Assembly (NCBI RefSeq): GCF_001194135.2
Contig: NC_068993.1
Span: 20,360,691 to 20,407,424, forward strand
DNA length: 46,734 nt
Source of the DNA: Octopus bimaculoides
Taxonomy: Eukaryota
Direction of reading: 5' to 3'
Positions within the stretch are counted from its first letter, which is position 1, and each line of letters begins with the position of its first letter. The position numbers and the translations under genes are program-made. The notes under the pieces were generated by a model that saw only the letters and a program-made list of their open reading frames with translations, was not told where the DNA came from and made no database searches. Positions 1 to 11,759 of the stretch are shown here, in pieces.

Positions 1-59
1 CATATATATAACCTATATACATATATATAACCTACACATGGTGGTTGTCTACTACCTAT

Positions 60-3000
60 GCAAAGTTTGACCACCTCCTGTACCTACACCTTAGCACGAT
101 CATGGCATCTGATGTGGCTTTTTAAACCTGACAATGTTCTGGAAAGACACCCACACAGATTGCACATCCGATTTGGACCACCAAGAGCTGCAGTTAAGTT
201 CTGATCTTTATGGATCTTAAAATGTTTTTTGAAGCCTCCATTAGATTTGCAAACTTTTTGGCATACACTGCATTCAAAGGTGTGCACAGACATACAGGCA
301 GAATAGTGGGTGGAGGTTCGTTTTCCATGGGTTTGCAGATGAGATTTGGCCCAGCAAATGACAGGCATGATCCATCACAGACTGTGCCCACAAAAAGGTC
401 ATTCACCTTCTCTATCGCCACATTCTTCCTTAGATCTCTTTTGAGTCTTACATGCATTATCCTGGCTCCTTCAAATGCTTTCACTCCATCCACACTTTTG
501 TTTGCCATCCAACTCGATCCGAAGCAGGGGTTTCTATGTCTTCTGGATCCATTCCAAGTGACTTCATAGTAGTCCTTATACCATCCTTAAACCTTTTTTT
601 TTTAGGTTTATGCCAATAGCATTTCCCCTCTGCAAGTTCCCCATAAAACAGCTGTTTCGGCATGCGTTCATCTGCCATTCAAACAATATAGCCACACCAT
701 CTCATTTGGTTCCTCAAAATCATAGCTTTGAGGTGATGCCTACAGATGCAAGGACACTGTGTTTGGAGTAAAAGACCTCCATTTAATTTTTAAAATGCGA
801 TGAAGGCATTTTTGGTGGCATTGTTCTAACCATTTAAAATGCCTTCCATAACAAGTCCAAGTTTCACAGGAATACAACAGGGATGGTAAGACAAATGATT
901 TGTAAAGAGCCAGCTTTGTATTTTTATTTATATGTTGCTGGCACCAAACGCGTAGCTCCAAGCCACCAAATGCTTTTGCTACCCTTTGAATTCACAGCTG
1001 CATTTCTGTATCAAGATTTCCATCATTTTGAACAGAGCATCCAAAGTAGATGAACGAATCGACAACCTCAAGTAACTTACCCGTAACATTTTAGCGGGGT
1101 TACAAACAGCACCACCCACAGGTTGATGCATCACAACTGTTTTTTTCAAGTTGATGGTCAAGCCAAAATCATCACAAGCTGAGTCAAATGCAGATACAAG
1201 AGACTGCAGACCTGTTTCAGAATGACTGACAAGATCACAGTCATCAGCATACAAAAGTTCCCTAATGAGTGAAGTAAAAACCTTCGTTTTGAATTTCAGT
1301 CGGGTCAGATTAAAAACATCCCCTGTTGTTCAACAGAACAGCAAAGTATATTGCAAAGAGGGTGGGTGCATCAAGGTCTCCTTGCTTTACTCCATTTTCC
1401 CCCGACAAAAGATTTAGAGAGCCTACCACCAAAGTTAACTCTAGCTTTCATATCTTGATGCAAAGCCCTGATCAAGTTTACAAATTTTTCTGGGCAACCT
1501 ATTTTCCTTAGAATTAGCCACAGAACAGTTCAATTAACAGTATTGAATGCTTTCTTCAAATCAACAAAGCAATGATATAGAGCAAGATTCTGTTCAATGC
1601 ATTTTTCTTATAATTGACTGACTAAAGATACAATCAGCTGTGCTCCTGGAGGAATGAAAACCACACAGACTCAGACACTATATTTGGAACTATAAAGGTA
1701 TTTAAACATTCTAACAAAATGCGGGCAAGTACCTTTCCAACCACAGACAAAAGTGAAATCCCATGAAAATTACCACACAGATCCTTTGTCCCTGATTTAT
1801 ACAAGGAGACTAAATAAAATGGCATCAATCCAGTCTTGAGGCACTTTCTCAGTTCTCCAACAGTGACAAATTAATATATTTAAGAGTTCTAACACTTTGT
1901 CACCCCCATATTTCAAGACTTCTGCACAGATTCCATCAGACCCTAGAAACTTATTGTTATTCAGCTTATTCACAGCTAAATAAATGTCATTTAGAGTTGG
2001 TTCAAATGCCATCTCTTCTATAACTGGAAGGTGTTCGATTTTTTCTATCATCCTCCTGTCAGCGGATGATGGTCTATTCAAAAGTGCAGAAAAATGTTCT
2101 ACCCAGCGTTTATGAATAGAAGCGGTGCCAGTCAGGAGCAAACGTCCATTTGCTGTTCTCACTGGAGCTATTGAAGATTTTGGGTCATATACCTCCTTAA
2201 CATAAGAGTACAAACCCTTGGCATCATTTCTATCAGCTGCTTCTTGTGCCCCTTTTGCTCTATCATTCCATCATCCCTGTTTAATTTTCTTTAGAGCAAT
2301 CTGCACTTTCCTTTTCAGCTTTCTGTAAGCTTCATTTGAGAAAGTTTTGTTTTTCTAAAAGTAGATCACGAATTTCTGCTGATCTATCTGAGAACCAGTC
2401 ACTGGACTTGTGTGATTTAAATCCCACTGACGAACTTGCAGCCTGAAATAATTTTGCTTTGAAATTTTCCCATAGATTGTTTGGGTCAAGATTGATACTT
2501 TCTATAGCATCACGGAATCTTTGCAAGTTGCTTGATAGTTTAAAGTTTGCAGCGTTTAACTTTTTGGGTACCCCAGGACCAGACTGTCATTTTTAGGCAT
2601 TATCGAAAAATCTATTTTTCCACACACTAGATGGTCAGTCCAGCTCTCTGCCCCCCTCTCATTGCCCGAATGCTTTCAAACCACATTTTCTTATCAGAAT
2701 ATAATCTATGAGATGCCAGATCTTGGGTGTATCCAAGTGGTTTTATATTTATTTTTCTGCTTAAACAGAGTGTTGGTGACAAACAGGTTATTCTCAGTAC
2801 AAAACAAAGAGCTACTCCATTTTTATTACATTTTCCAATTCTATGTCAACCTAAAACAGGCCACTTAGCACAGTCCTTTCCAACTCTTGCATTGAAATCT
2901 CCTAAAATGACCAGCTTGTCAGAAATTGGTACTTTCCTCAATAATTATGCTAGATCATAAAACTGTACTACATTTTCATCAGAATAGGGCATTGTTGGTG

Positions 3001-3300
3001 CATAAATACTGACAACGGTAAGAAAACTACCTTTTGTCAGTTTAATACGGCATGACATGACCCGTTCAGATATACCACTTGGTAGCTCTGCAATGGAGGG
3101 TACCAAAGTATTCTTGAGAGCAAACCTAACACCAGATTGCAAAAGTCAGTTCTTCAATAACAGCTATATTAAACCAAACATTCCTGCAATTAATGTTTAC
3201 AATCACCAGGAACTAATCAAACTAATACTGACTCATCACAAAACATTCATTTCTTGGTCTGAAACACTTTACAGGAGATAATGTAAAGACTTGTTTACCA
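60..3300 (-). mobile_element. Decayed near-full-length RTE-clade LINE (APE endonuclease, RT, C-terminal C2H2 fingers), frameshifted, in PGK intron 1
   Basis: Collinear minus-strand ORF pieces: endonuclease (2945-3142, ISERVMSCRIKL..LTVVSIYAPT), RT N-part (1797-2213, GSDGICAEVLKYGG..KVPQDWIDA; 1634-1828, GISLLSVVGKVLARILL), YADD catalytic motif (979-1254), RTE-typical LLYSCETWT (740-961), RMPKQLFYGEL..KRFKD (481-678), zinc fingers (84-400). 5' boundary approximate. Confidence 0.93.
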
Positions 3301-4591
3301 TTAATTAAACTGTAAAGAAAAGATTGCAATTAACATCTATTGAACTGACTCATTTATATAACAATGCTCTCTAGACAATGTAACTAGTAAACAGCCATAC
3401 ATTGCAGGTTACCTAGTTTACATTTTATCAGGCTAACAGACTTGTCCACATAAACTATCTCAAATACATGGCCCATCAGTGAAATGCAGTCTTCCTTCCC
3501 CCCCCCCCCACCGTTTTCTCTCTCAACAAGTTCTACAGTAGTTTCATCTCCTCAATACCTATTAATTCTCCTCTCTGACTTCAAACACATTCTTTCCAAA
3601 AATTACCCACAGCGATAACAGTTTCAATCAACTTAACATTAAAAGACGCTCAATTTTGAACCAATAAATGAGTTAACGAGGCCGCTGAGCTGCTAGAAAT
3701 AGCAGTCAAATCTCCCGCATATAACAGCCCACCGTCTTAAAAGTGGGAACAGTTCAAGATCCAACCTTTGCACTCCTACCAAAACTCAGGACTTTCAAGG
3801 CTGAAAATACATTTAAACATAGGGCTGTTCAATCAGGGTTAAACTTGGCCGAAACAGCACAACGCTACATAACCATACACAAACATTCTCCATATGATGG
3901 AATCCGATTTAAACCAAAATATACCCACATTATCCTACAAACTGAAGTAGTTCACGTTTGATCTGAAACAATTTCATGTGAAAAATAAAGGACCAAACAT
4001 TTATTTCATCTAGTAGAAATTCTGAGCCAATTTTTAATGCTGTTCCCCATGTACTTATAAATATCACAACTTGACTTATTTCTCACAACTAAATATTCTG
4101 GTCTTCATACCTAAACACTAACTGACAGTAGAAGAAACATTACTGAGGTTTTGAATTCCAGTTGTTCAAGCGTTTCTCGTAAAATCCGATACAAAACTTC
4201 AAATGGAACATTTCTGAAACAACGCTTCAGCTCGAAACTGCAAATTGAAAAATGGACGAAAATATGGACATTGCACACTGATGAATTAAAATAGCATCAA
4301 ACATAAATAGAAATAAAGATTTTTTTTATTGAAAAATAACGTTAATAACAACAATATTCTTAACGGGGCCCTTATAACAATATTTCTTTTTTTTTTTAAC
4401 ATAAACGCAAACCAGATATTTAGGAATACGGGTTCAAGCGCAGTGAAGAGTTAATGTCATTCATAAATAAATAAAAATAAAGACTTTTATTATTGAAAAA
4501 TAAATATTCATTACCAAGATCCTGATAAAAGTTGTTTTTTTGTTTTTTTACAAGCCAAATATTTTGGGAATAGGGATCCACAAAACAATAC

Positions 4592-4928
4592 GGTACGGTC
4601 CAGATCNNNNNNNNNNNNNNNNNNNNNNNNNNNNNNNNNNNNNNNNNNNNNNNNNNNNNNNNNNNNNNNNNNNNNNNNNNNNNNNNNNNNNNNNNNNNNN
4701 NNNNNNNNNNNNNNNNNNNNNNNNNNNNNNNNNNNNNNNNNNNNNNNNNNNNNNNNNNNNNNNNNNNNNNNNNNNNNNNNNNNNNNNNNNNNNNNNNNNN
4801 NNNNNNNNNNNNNNNNNNNNNNNNNTTTTCAGAATCGGAATCTCCATAGCCTAAAACGTGGGATTCCGTAAAAAAAAATTAATAAATAAGGGGGGAAAGG
4901 TTCAGATTACATATAGTCCGTCTCTACC
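4592..4928. mobile_element. Non-autonomous DNA transposon with GGT...ACC ends and 8-bp TSD (Merlin-like), partly in a gap
   Basis: Flanks AACAATAC (4584-4591) and AAGAATAC (4929-4936) match 7/8. The right end GGTTCAGATTACATATAGTCCGTCTCTACC is identical to the element end at 33167-33196. Confidence 0.6.
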
Positions 4929-5059
4929 AAGAATACAAATAAAGATTGTTTTGTTTTTTTTATTGAGAAAAATAACAATGATATTCTCTACGAGGGCCCA
5001 AATATTTTTACACAGGTACAGGACCAGCAATTTGGGAAATGGGATTAATCGGTTATACT

Positions 5060-5180
5060 GATTGCTTCAGGACGTGATTAGTTCTTTATTTCATCGAACT
5101 CGGAGTATGAAAGGGAAAGTTAATCGTAGCAGAATTTGAATTAAGAACGTATAAAACTGTAACTAAATACAACTACGTAT
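5060..5180 (-). mobile_element. Degenerate Nin/Deu-domain SINE fragment
   Basis: Decayed match to the TTTATCGACCCCGAAAGGATGAAAGGCAAAG..GGAATTTGAACTCAGAAC family seen better at 23385-23530 and 41640-41815. Confidence 0.5.
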
Positions 5181-5936
5181 GAAGTTTGATTACAAAATAA
5201 TTACTTAACATTTCTAACAAATCTAAATTACACTGAGAACTATGTTTTATAGAAGGGTCTGCACTGAAGTACATCGAGGTTTACAGCCATTTTTCAGAAA
5301 GGACACTCCCCTGAAATGTTTATTTTGATGGATGTAACCCTACAACGATTATTATTTTACAAAAAAATTTATATTCCAAGGATATTATGTACGCTGCGTT
5401 GCAAAACGGATGGTTTATATTGCACTCCTAAGCGTTTAGTGGAAGTCGTTATAATAACGGACATGTTTGTCTTCTATGATAATTCAATGCATATCTAGAA
5501 CGCATTATGAAAATTATAAGATCTCAATACGTAACGAATATTTTATTTTTGCAATCCCAGAAGGATGAACGGGAAAGTTCACATCGGCTCGATTACTATT
5601 CTGTTTTTAACCAAAAAGGCATTTGATTTTTTTAGTTTCATATCCAAAAGGGAACGCAACGCGAAGAAACTGACATCGATCTGGTTTCACTTATAACTGG
5701 AATAACCTTCAAAACAAAATAATAATGATAATAAACACACACACATTATATATACATATATATATATAATATATATATATACATATATACATACATGTAA
5801 ATGTATACAGGAACAACCTTGACAGTTGTGCGCCACAACACAAGGTCGTTACCAGGAGTCAAGGTCGTGAGCAGAAAGAAACTATTGTCAAGTAAAATAT
5901 AAATAATACACCTTATAAAGGATGCTGTAAGCTTAC

Positions 5937-5998
5937 CTGAGTAGCACTCTTTGGTCACTGATATCAATATCGTCAATACCGAGTTTGTTGAAAGCCAT
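5937..5998 (-). CDS. PGK: Phosphoglycerate kinase, coding exon 1 (rest of the gene lies left of the window)
   Basis: Minus strand reads MAFNKLGIDDIDISDQRVLL(R), then a consensus donor AG|GTAAGC. Matches the PGK N-terminus (human PGK1 [22 protein letters not shown]), and the phase-2 intron falls in the same Arg codon as human PGK1 intron 1. Confidence 0.9.
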
Positions 5999-6040
5999 TC
6001 TGTGTAGTTCGGTTTTGTTAGATGCTTAGATCAAACAAAA

Positions 6041-6189
6041 TACGTGATGCTACCTTAGGCGGCCTGTCACGGAGTGAGGATTTATAGTCAAGTTGTCAGT
6101 GACGTCACAGGCATACTACTAACACGAGGCTCGCTGCTTTGCCTTTATTGAACATATAACATATGTAAAGTTCACACACACATCACGTA
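6041..6189 (-). promoter_or_regulatory. PGK core promoter: TATA box (6081-6086), palindromic CRE GTGACGTCAC (6099-6108), HRE-like TACGTG cores (6041-6046, 6184-6189)
   Basis: CTATAAAT on the minus strand about 88 nt upstream of the ATG, a perfect TGACGTCA 13 nt further upstream, and two TACGTG hexamers. Motif matches only; function not shown. Confidence 0.6.
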
Positions 6190-6315
6190 GACGATTATGT
6201 GAAGATTGAACGCTCATCTAGCTAGAAATAACAGCCAAATTACCTTCAAATCTCAATCAAACAAACAATTACGAATAAAAACCAAATCGATGGAGGGAAA
6301 GTTACATTAGGTAAT

Positions 6316-6620
6316 GCATATACACACACACACACACATTTGTTTGTATACACACACACATTTGTTTGTATACGCACTCACACACACACATATATATATA
6401 TATACAGGCGCACGTACATAGTCACACAAACCCATACACATACACAAGGAGACAGTGGTACACACACAAATACATACACACAAACACATGACTATGTATA
6501 ATACATACATAAAAACATAGACACACGCATACATATATATGCATATATACACACAGGCATACATACATATGTACATACGTACATTTGTGTAAACACATGC
6601 AGACTGATGCACACACATGT
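6316..6620. repeat. Compound (AC)n/(AT)n/(ATAC)n microsatellite
   Basis: Direct reading. Similar tracts at 5740-5800, 6847-6872, 7075-7160, 15505-15547, 20497-20593, 31020-31080, 37685-37735, 42303-42395, 45118-45159, 46100-46150, 46464-46600 and 46677-46734. Confidence 0.95.
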
Positions 6621-7100
6621 GCACAAACAGACAAAAAGAATGCAGCTCCGAGTCAAAGACTATTGAAGAGGTTGCAAGAAGCAAGGAAAATTTTAGAAAA
6701 AATAAATAAGTAGATGAGTGGAAATCTAACCAGTGAGTGTGTTAATGAATAAGGCATTAAAACAGAATGTCTCTCCCTAAACACAATAAAATATGCTTCA
6801 ACACACAAATTCACATAAAGAATCTTGTAAACCAAATACAAAAACGATATATATATATATATATATATATATANNNNNNNNNNNNNNNNNNNNNNNNNNN
6901 NNNNNNNNNNNNNNNNNNNNNNNNNNNNNNNNNNNNNNNNNNNNNNNNNNNNNNNNNNNNNNNNNNNNNNNNNNNNNTTAATAGTTACCAGGGTAACAAA
7001 ATTCACAGAGAAACTGGGATTTTTTACCTTGTTAAGAGGTAGAAATTCCATGTTAAAGTGATGTATTTTGAGTTGATATATATACATATATATATATCAT

Positions 7101-7149
<49 letters not shown>

Positions 7150-7159
7150 TATGCATACA

Positions 7160-7430
7160 CCATCAACAGCGTAGTGGTTAGGGCATTGGACTCGCAGTCA
7201 TAGGATTGCGGTTTCAATTCCCAGACTGGGCTTTGTGAATGTTTATTGAGCAAAGACACATAAATCTCCATGAGGCTTTGGCAGGGGGTGGTAGCGATCC
7301 CTGCTGTATTCTTCCAGTACAACTTTCTCTCTCTCTTTCTTCCTATTTTTATTGTACCTGTATTTCAAAGGGCCAGCTTTGTCGCACTCTGTGTCACACA
7401 GAATCTCCCTGAGAACTACGTTAAAGGTAC
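7160..7430 (+). mobile_element. tRNA-derived SINE
   Basis: A-box TAGTGGTTAGGGC, B-box-like GGTTTCAATTCC, core TTTATTGAGCAAAGACACATAA. Same family as the minus copy at 9590-9908. Confidence 0.75.
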
Positions 7431-7489
7431 ACATGTCTGTGGAGTGCTCAGCTGGCGTGATAGAGTGTCACAAATACCATCAACAACAT

Positions 7490-7860
7490 CATTATCATCT
7501 TCATTTAACCTCCTTTTTCCATGCTGGCATGGGTTGGACGGTTTAACAGGACTTGGCCAGTTGGAGAGCTGCACCAGCCTCCTACTTGGTATGGGTTCTA
7601 AGGCTTTTTACATGGCACCAGCTCGGATGCTTTATAAGTGGCTCTGGCACAGGTGTTTTTTTGTGAGTCATAAAGGACGGACACACATATAGTATATATA
7701 TTCTTTTATTTGTTTCAGTCATTTGACTGCAGCCATGCTGGAGCACTGCCATTAACATCCGTCTTCTATTCTGGCTTGGGTTGGGTTGGATGGCTTGACA
7801 GGGGCTGGCAAGGCCAAAGGCTGCACCAGGTTCCATAGTCAGTTTTGGTTTCGTTCCTAC
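7490..7860 (-). mobile_element. RTE LINE 3'-tail fragments plus a SINE 3' fragment
   Basis: TTTTCCATGCTGGCATGGGTTGGACG tail motif with (ATC)n, and CATTTGACTGCAGCCATGCTGGAGCAC SINE end. Confidence 0.7.
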
Positions 7861-7884
7861 AGCTAAATACCTTGTAAATTGGTG

Positions 7885-8300
7885 AATAGTTGTCATAGAG
7901 ACTTTAGTCTCTCTCTATCACCTTTCAACAGCATTAATATATGAAGAGACATTAGAACAATTAACAACATAATAAAAAGGTTTTATCTATGATGATGCTT
8001 GGTTTCACAATTCCTGTCATTAAGCTTAGCAGCCGCTGATTAAGTTGTAGTTTGGTAATGGAAGGTTAAGGGCTTCCTTGATACCTGCCAGAGAACAGTG
8101 TAAAAGTGCTTCGTGAAGGAGCGAGGTGTTGTCATGTAGAAGGTCTCAGGCTCAACTCGCTAAAAAAGTGAAACTCAATGTTTAAGTACGAGTTTTACTA
8201 CGCATGCGCAACTCGAGGGGCTTCCAGTGGTGAAGTCCCTTGCGCATGCACAGAATAGTACTTACTCAATGGCGGCTATAATTTTGCGCCACTACAACCT
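7885..8300 (-). repeat. Unclassified ~420-450 bp dispersed repeat, copy 1
   Basis: Reverse complement of 10560-11010, sharing TAGTGGCGC..TATAGCCGCCATTGAG..GCATGC..AAGGGACTTCACCAC..GGTGATAGAGAGAGACT. Confidence 0.8.
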
Positions 8301-8499
8301 TTCCAAATGCCAATCAGTTTGCAGGGTGTACTGAATGTGTTTTACGTGGTACCATTACCAGCGCTTTTTACATGACATTATCAGTTCTTATTTTTTTTTT
8401 TTTTGTGACACCATTACTAGTGCTTTTTACATGGCAACAGCACCAATGCTTTTTATGTGGTACGTTAATTTTAAGGTACCAATTCTTTTGTGGTGGACA

Positions 8500-9345
8500 G
8501 TCTTCTTGAGTGCAGCAATGTGTCACATACCTCAGTCCTCTATCATCTCCTTTGTAAGGCTCAACATTCTGAGATTAGCCTTCAATACTTTGTCCCATGT
8601 TTTCCTGGGTCTCCCTCTTTCACAACTTCCCTCCAATTTAAGTGATCTGCACTTCATTATGCAACTGTCTTCATTTATCTACATCACATGACCAAACCAG
8701 CACAATCTCCTCTCTTGTACACTGTATCTAATTCCTCTTATGCCCAACTTTTCTCTCAATACGCTAGCAGTCACACATGTACACTGACATTGCATATCCA
8801 GCAGAGCATACCAGCTTCGTTCCTCTCCAGTCTTCACATGTTCTCAGCATTCAGGGCCCATGTCTCACTACCATTTAGTATTGCAGTTTGTACATTTGCA
8901 TCATACAATCTTCCTCTCACTCAGTGATTGCCAATGGAGGTAAAATCTCTCTGAACTTTCTCTATCCTATTCTAGCAACTACACTTTCAGCACATTATTC
9001 TTATTTTAATTAGGTCGCCTAGGTAACAGAAATTATCTACTACTTCTAGAGAGCCTCTGAGACATTTGAGGAAATCTGTTTCCCATGTATCTGTAGTTGG
9101 CTCCTGTTACACATTCATATATACGTATACCTACGCATACACATAAATATGAACGTGTAACAGCTCCTGCACATTTTCCACACACAGACACTACTTTATC
9201 TGTTAACCTCCCTATTATTCCATTGCATCTCTTGTGTGTCCATAGCTTGCATTGGGTACACGAAATAGAATTTCTGCCTACACCCTTCCCACATATCGAA
9301 CAGGGCCACTTACCTGAAGATGGTCGGGTCCTGTCTGATTTCTAG
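8500..9345 (-). mobile_element. RTE LINE 3' fragment (decayed)
   Basis: Reverse-complement homology to the RTE ORF end at 15800-16170 and 34810-35560. Confidence 0.75.
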
Positions 9346-9589
9346 CTTATTAGGACCTTGATATTTGCTAAGTTAACTTTAAGACCCTTTAATTCCAGGT
9401 TTTGTTTCCACTCCTGAAATTTCTTTTCAAATTTTATTACAGATTCTGCAATGAGGGCAAGATCATCATCTTGTAGTAGTTCCCATGGGCTTCCAGTTTA
9501 AATTTGTCTGTTATGGCCCAGAGAATGATGATGAATAGGAGGGTCTGAAGACTGAACCTTGTTGAACACACACCTGTACACTAAATTCG

Positions 9590-9908
9590 TCACTGTTGTT
9601 GTTGTTGTTTGTTCTTTCTCAAGCAATACTTGGTTCATAAGGGCCGGGCTTCTGATTTCATTGATGTATAGGTTTCCCACCTGGACAGACACCTGTCCAT
9701 CTCAGGTGAGCTGCTAGATGAAGGAGGAGAGAGTGAGAGAAAGTTGTGGTAAAAGAGTCAGCAGAAGTTCGCCATTACCTTCTGCCGGAGCCACATGGAG
9801 CTTAGGTGTTTCACTCATAAACCCACACATCACCCTGTCTGAGATTCAAATCCATGATTCCTTGACCGCGAGTCCACTGCTCTAACCACAAGGCCATGTG
9901 CCTCCACA
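9590..9908 (-). mobile_element. tRNA-derived SINE
   Basis: Minus strand GTGGAGGCACATGGCCTTGTGGTTAGAGCAGTGGACTCGCGGTCAAGGAATCATGGATTTGAATCTC is a tRNA-like head with A/B boxes, followed by body and an (AAC)n tail. Confidence 0.75.
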
Positions 9909-9999
9909 AATTCGTCACTGTACTTATGGCTAACTCTTACTTTACAAACATAAATGCACTTGCTTTCACAAGCCATTCATCTACCCCTACCTTCTGCAG

Positions 10000-10530
10000 A
10001 GGCCACTGTGTCAGAGAGCAAGGTACTCTGTTGAAGGCTTTCTCTAGATCAATAAATGCCAAGTAAAATGGCTTGCTCTTGGATAAATACTTCTCTTGCA
10101 GTTATTTGACTATGAATATAGCATCTGTGGTGCTTCTCCCCGGGACAAAGCCAAACTGCATTTCACCTAGTCTAATTCTGTTCCTAATTAATTGGGTTAT
10201 AACTCTCTCTCTCTGCAACTTTCGTTACCTGGTAATTATACAGCAATTTGATACCTTTATAATCACTTCTCTCTAAAGCATTTCCTTTGCTCTTGTAGCA
10301 GCTGACTATGATGCTTCTACAAGGCATAGTCATTGGGGATTATGCTTTCCTGAATAACCTATACAGATAACTAAACCATACACAAATCTACCAGATATAT
10401 TAAGCATTTCAACAGAGATTCCTGATGGGCCAGAGGTCTTCCCTGTCTTCATTTCTTTGTTTTACTTATCATGCCACTGTCAACTAGAATAGCTGCCTCC
10501 TCTGTTGGGTTCCCATGGGGAACATTCCCT
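10000..10530 (-). mobile_element. RTE LINE fragment (RT region, decayed)
   Basis: Minus strand contains the WVITRLGEMQFGFVPGRSTTDAIF-like motif typical of RTE RTs (10095-10200). Confidence 0.7.
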
Positions 10531-10559
10531 TTCTTCCATTCATTTTCCACATTTAATAG

Positions 10560-11010
10560 CCCGTAGTGGCGCGAAATTATAGCCGCCATTGAGGAAGTAC
10601 TATTCTGCACATGCACAAGGGACTTCACCACCGGAAGCCCCTCGAGTGTGCATGCGTAGTAAAATTAGTACTTAAAGAGTTTGTTTCACTTTCTAAGATA
10701 GTTGAACAAGAAACCTTCGACGTGACAACACCTCGCTCCTCAACGAAGCACTCTTCACCACGATGCTATCGATATGATAGCTATTTGCTCCTCTGGCATG
10801 CATCAAGGAAGTTCTTAATCTTCCAATACCGATATCAAATCAATCAGCAGCTGCTAAGCTGAGTGACACAGGATTTATATAATCAAGGATCATCAAAAAT
10901 AAAACTTATTTTTATTATGTTGTTAAATTGTTCTACTGTTCCTTAATATGTAATGCTGTTGAAAGGTGATAGAGAGAGACTAATGTCTCTATTACAACTA
11001 TCAACTTTTA
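10560..11010 (+). repeat. Unclassified dispersed repeat, copy 2 (inverted relative to 7885-8300)
   Basis: See copy 1; roughly three-quarters identical by eye. Confidence 0.8.
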
Positions 11011-11039
11011 CAAGCCTTTCATAGCTCTTCCATACCTCT

Positions 11040-11460
11040 TTCTTTTCAGGATTACTAAGGACAAGCACACCATTATTTGTCCATACACACTTCTCTCCCA
11101 CCTCTCAATTCTCTCTAACACATTGTCTGGTAATCTGGAACACCTCAAGTCTTTCCTCTTCATGCTGTAAGACATAGGCAAACCTCTTCTTAGCTAGGTA
11201 AACATGACACTTAGCTGCTCTTTTAGCTATCTGATATGGTTCTTTGCTACATCTGCTCTCCCAGTCTTTCGAAGCCCGTCTCTTCTGTTTTATAGCTCTG
11301 TTGACTTCACTGTTCCACCACCATGTCACCCTTGGTCTAGCAGAAGATTTGCTCCAGCCACAGATTTGGTTTGTTACCCTCAGTAGAGATTGTCCTTTAA
11401 GAACTTCCAGTTGTCCTCTATGTCATATGTCACTTTCTTTTCCTCCTTCTCATCAAAGGC
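11040..11460 (-). mobile_element. RTE LINE fragment (linker between endonuclease and RT)
   Basis: ORF 11105-11329 TWWWNSEVNRAIKQKRRA..YQIAKRAAK is typical of this LINE region. Confidence 0.75.
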
Positions 11461-11759
11461 TTCAATAAAAACATTTCTAAATTCAGTAATTATAGGATAA
11501 ATGCCTCACAATTATAATAAAAATGTTTCTTATGTTTTGAGCTTTCAGCAGAAAACTCAGTAGTAATACAATCTGTCATTTCTTCCTAGCCCCTAACCTA
11601 CACCCCATATATAAAACCTGATTGGCAGCAGCATCATGTTTAAGATCAATGGTGATTACATTTCTGAACAATGTTTCATATTCATGACTGTTGGTCAGTT
11701 GTACACACAAATGGATTGATGTCTAGTCAGACATTCCTTCACCAATGTACTCTCCACAC

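Noticed and set aside
84-368. Stand-alone C2H2 zinc-finger gene
   Set aside because: The fingers are the frameshifted C-terminus of the RTE LINE ORF, collinear with RT and endonuclease remnants.
6307-7087. Cys/Val/Tyr/Ile-rich ORFs (also 20489-20707, 42236-42517, 46356-46617)
   Set aside because: Translations of (AC)n/(AT)n microsatellites.
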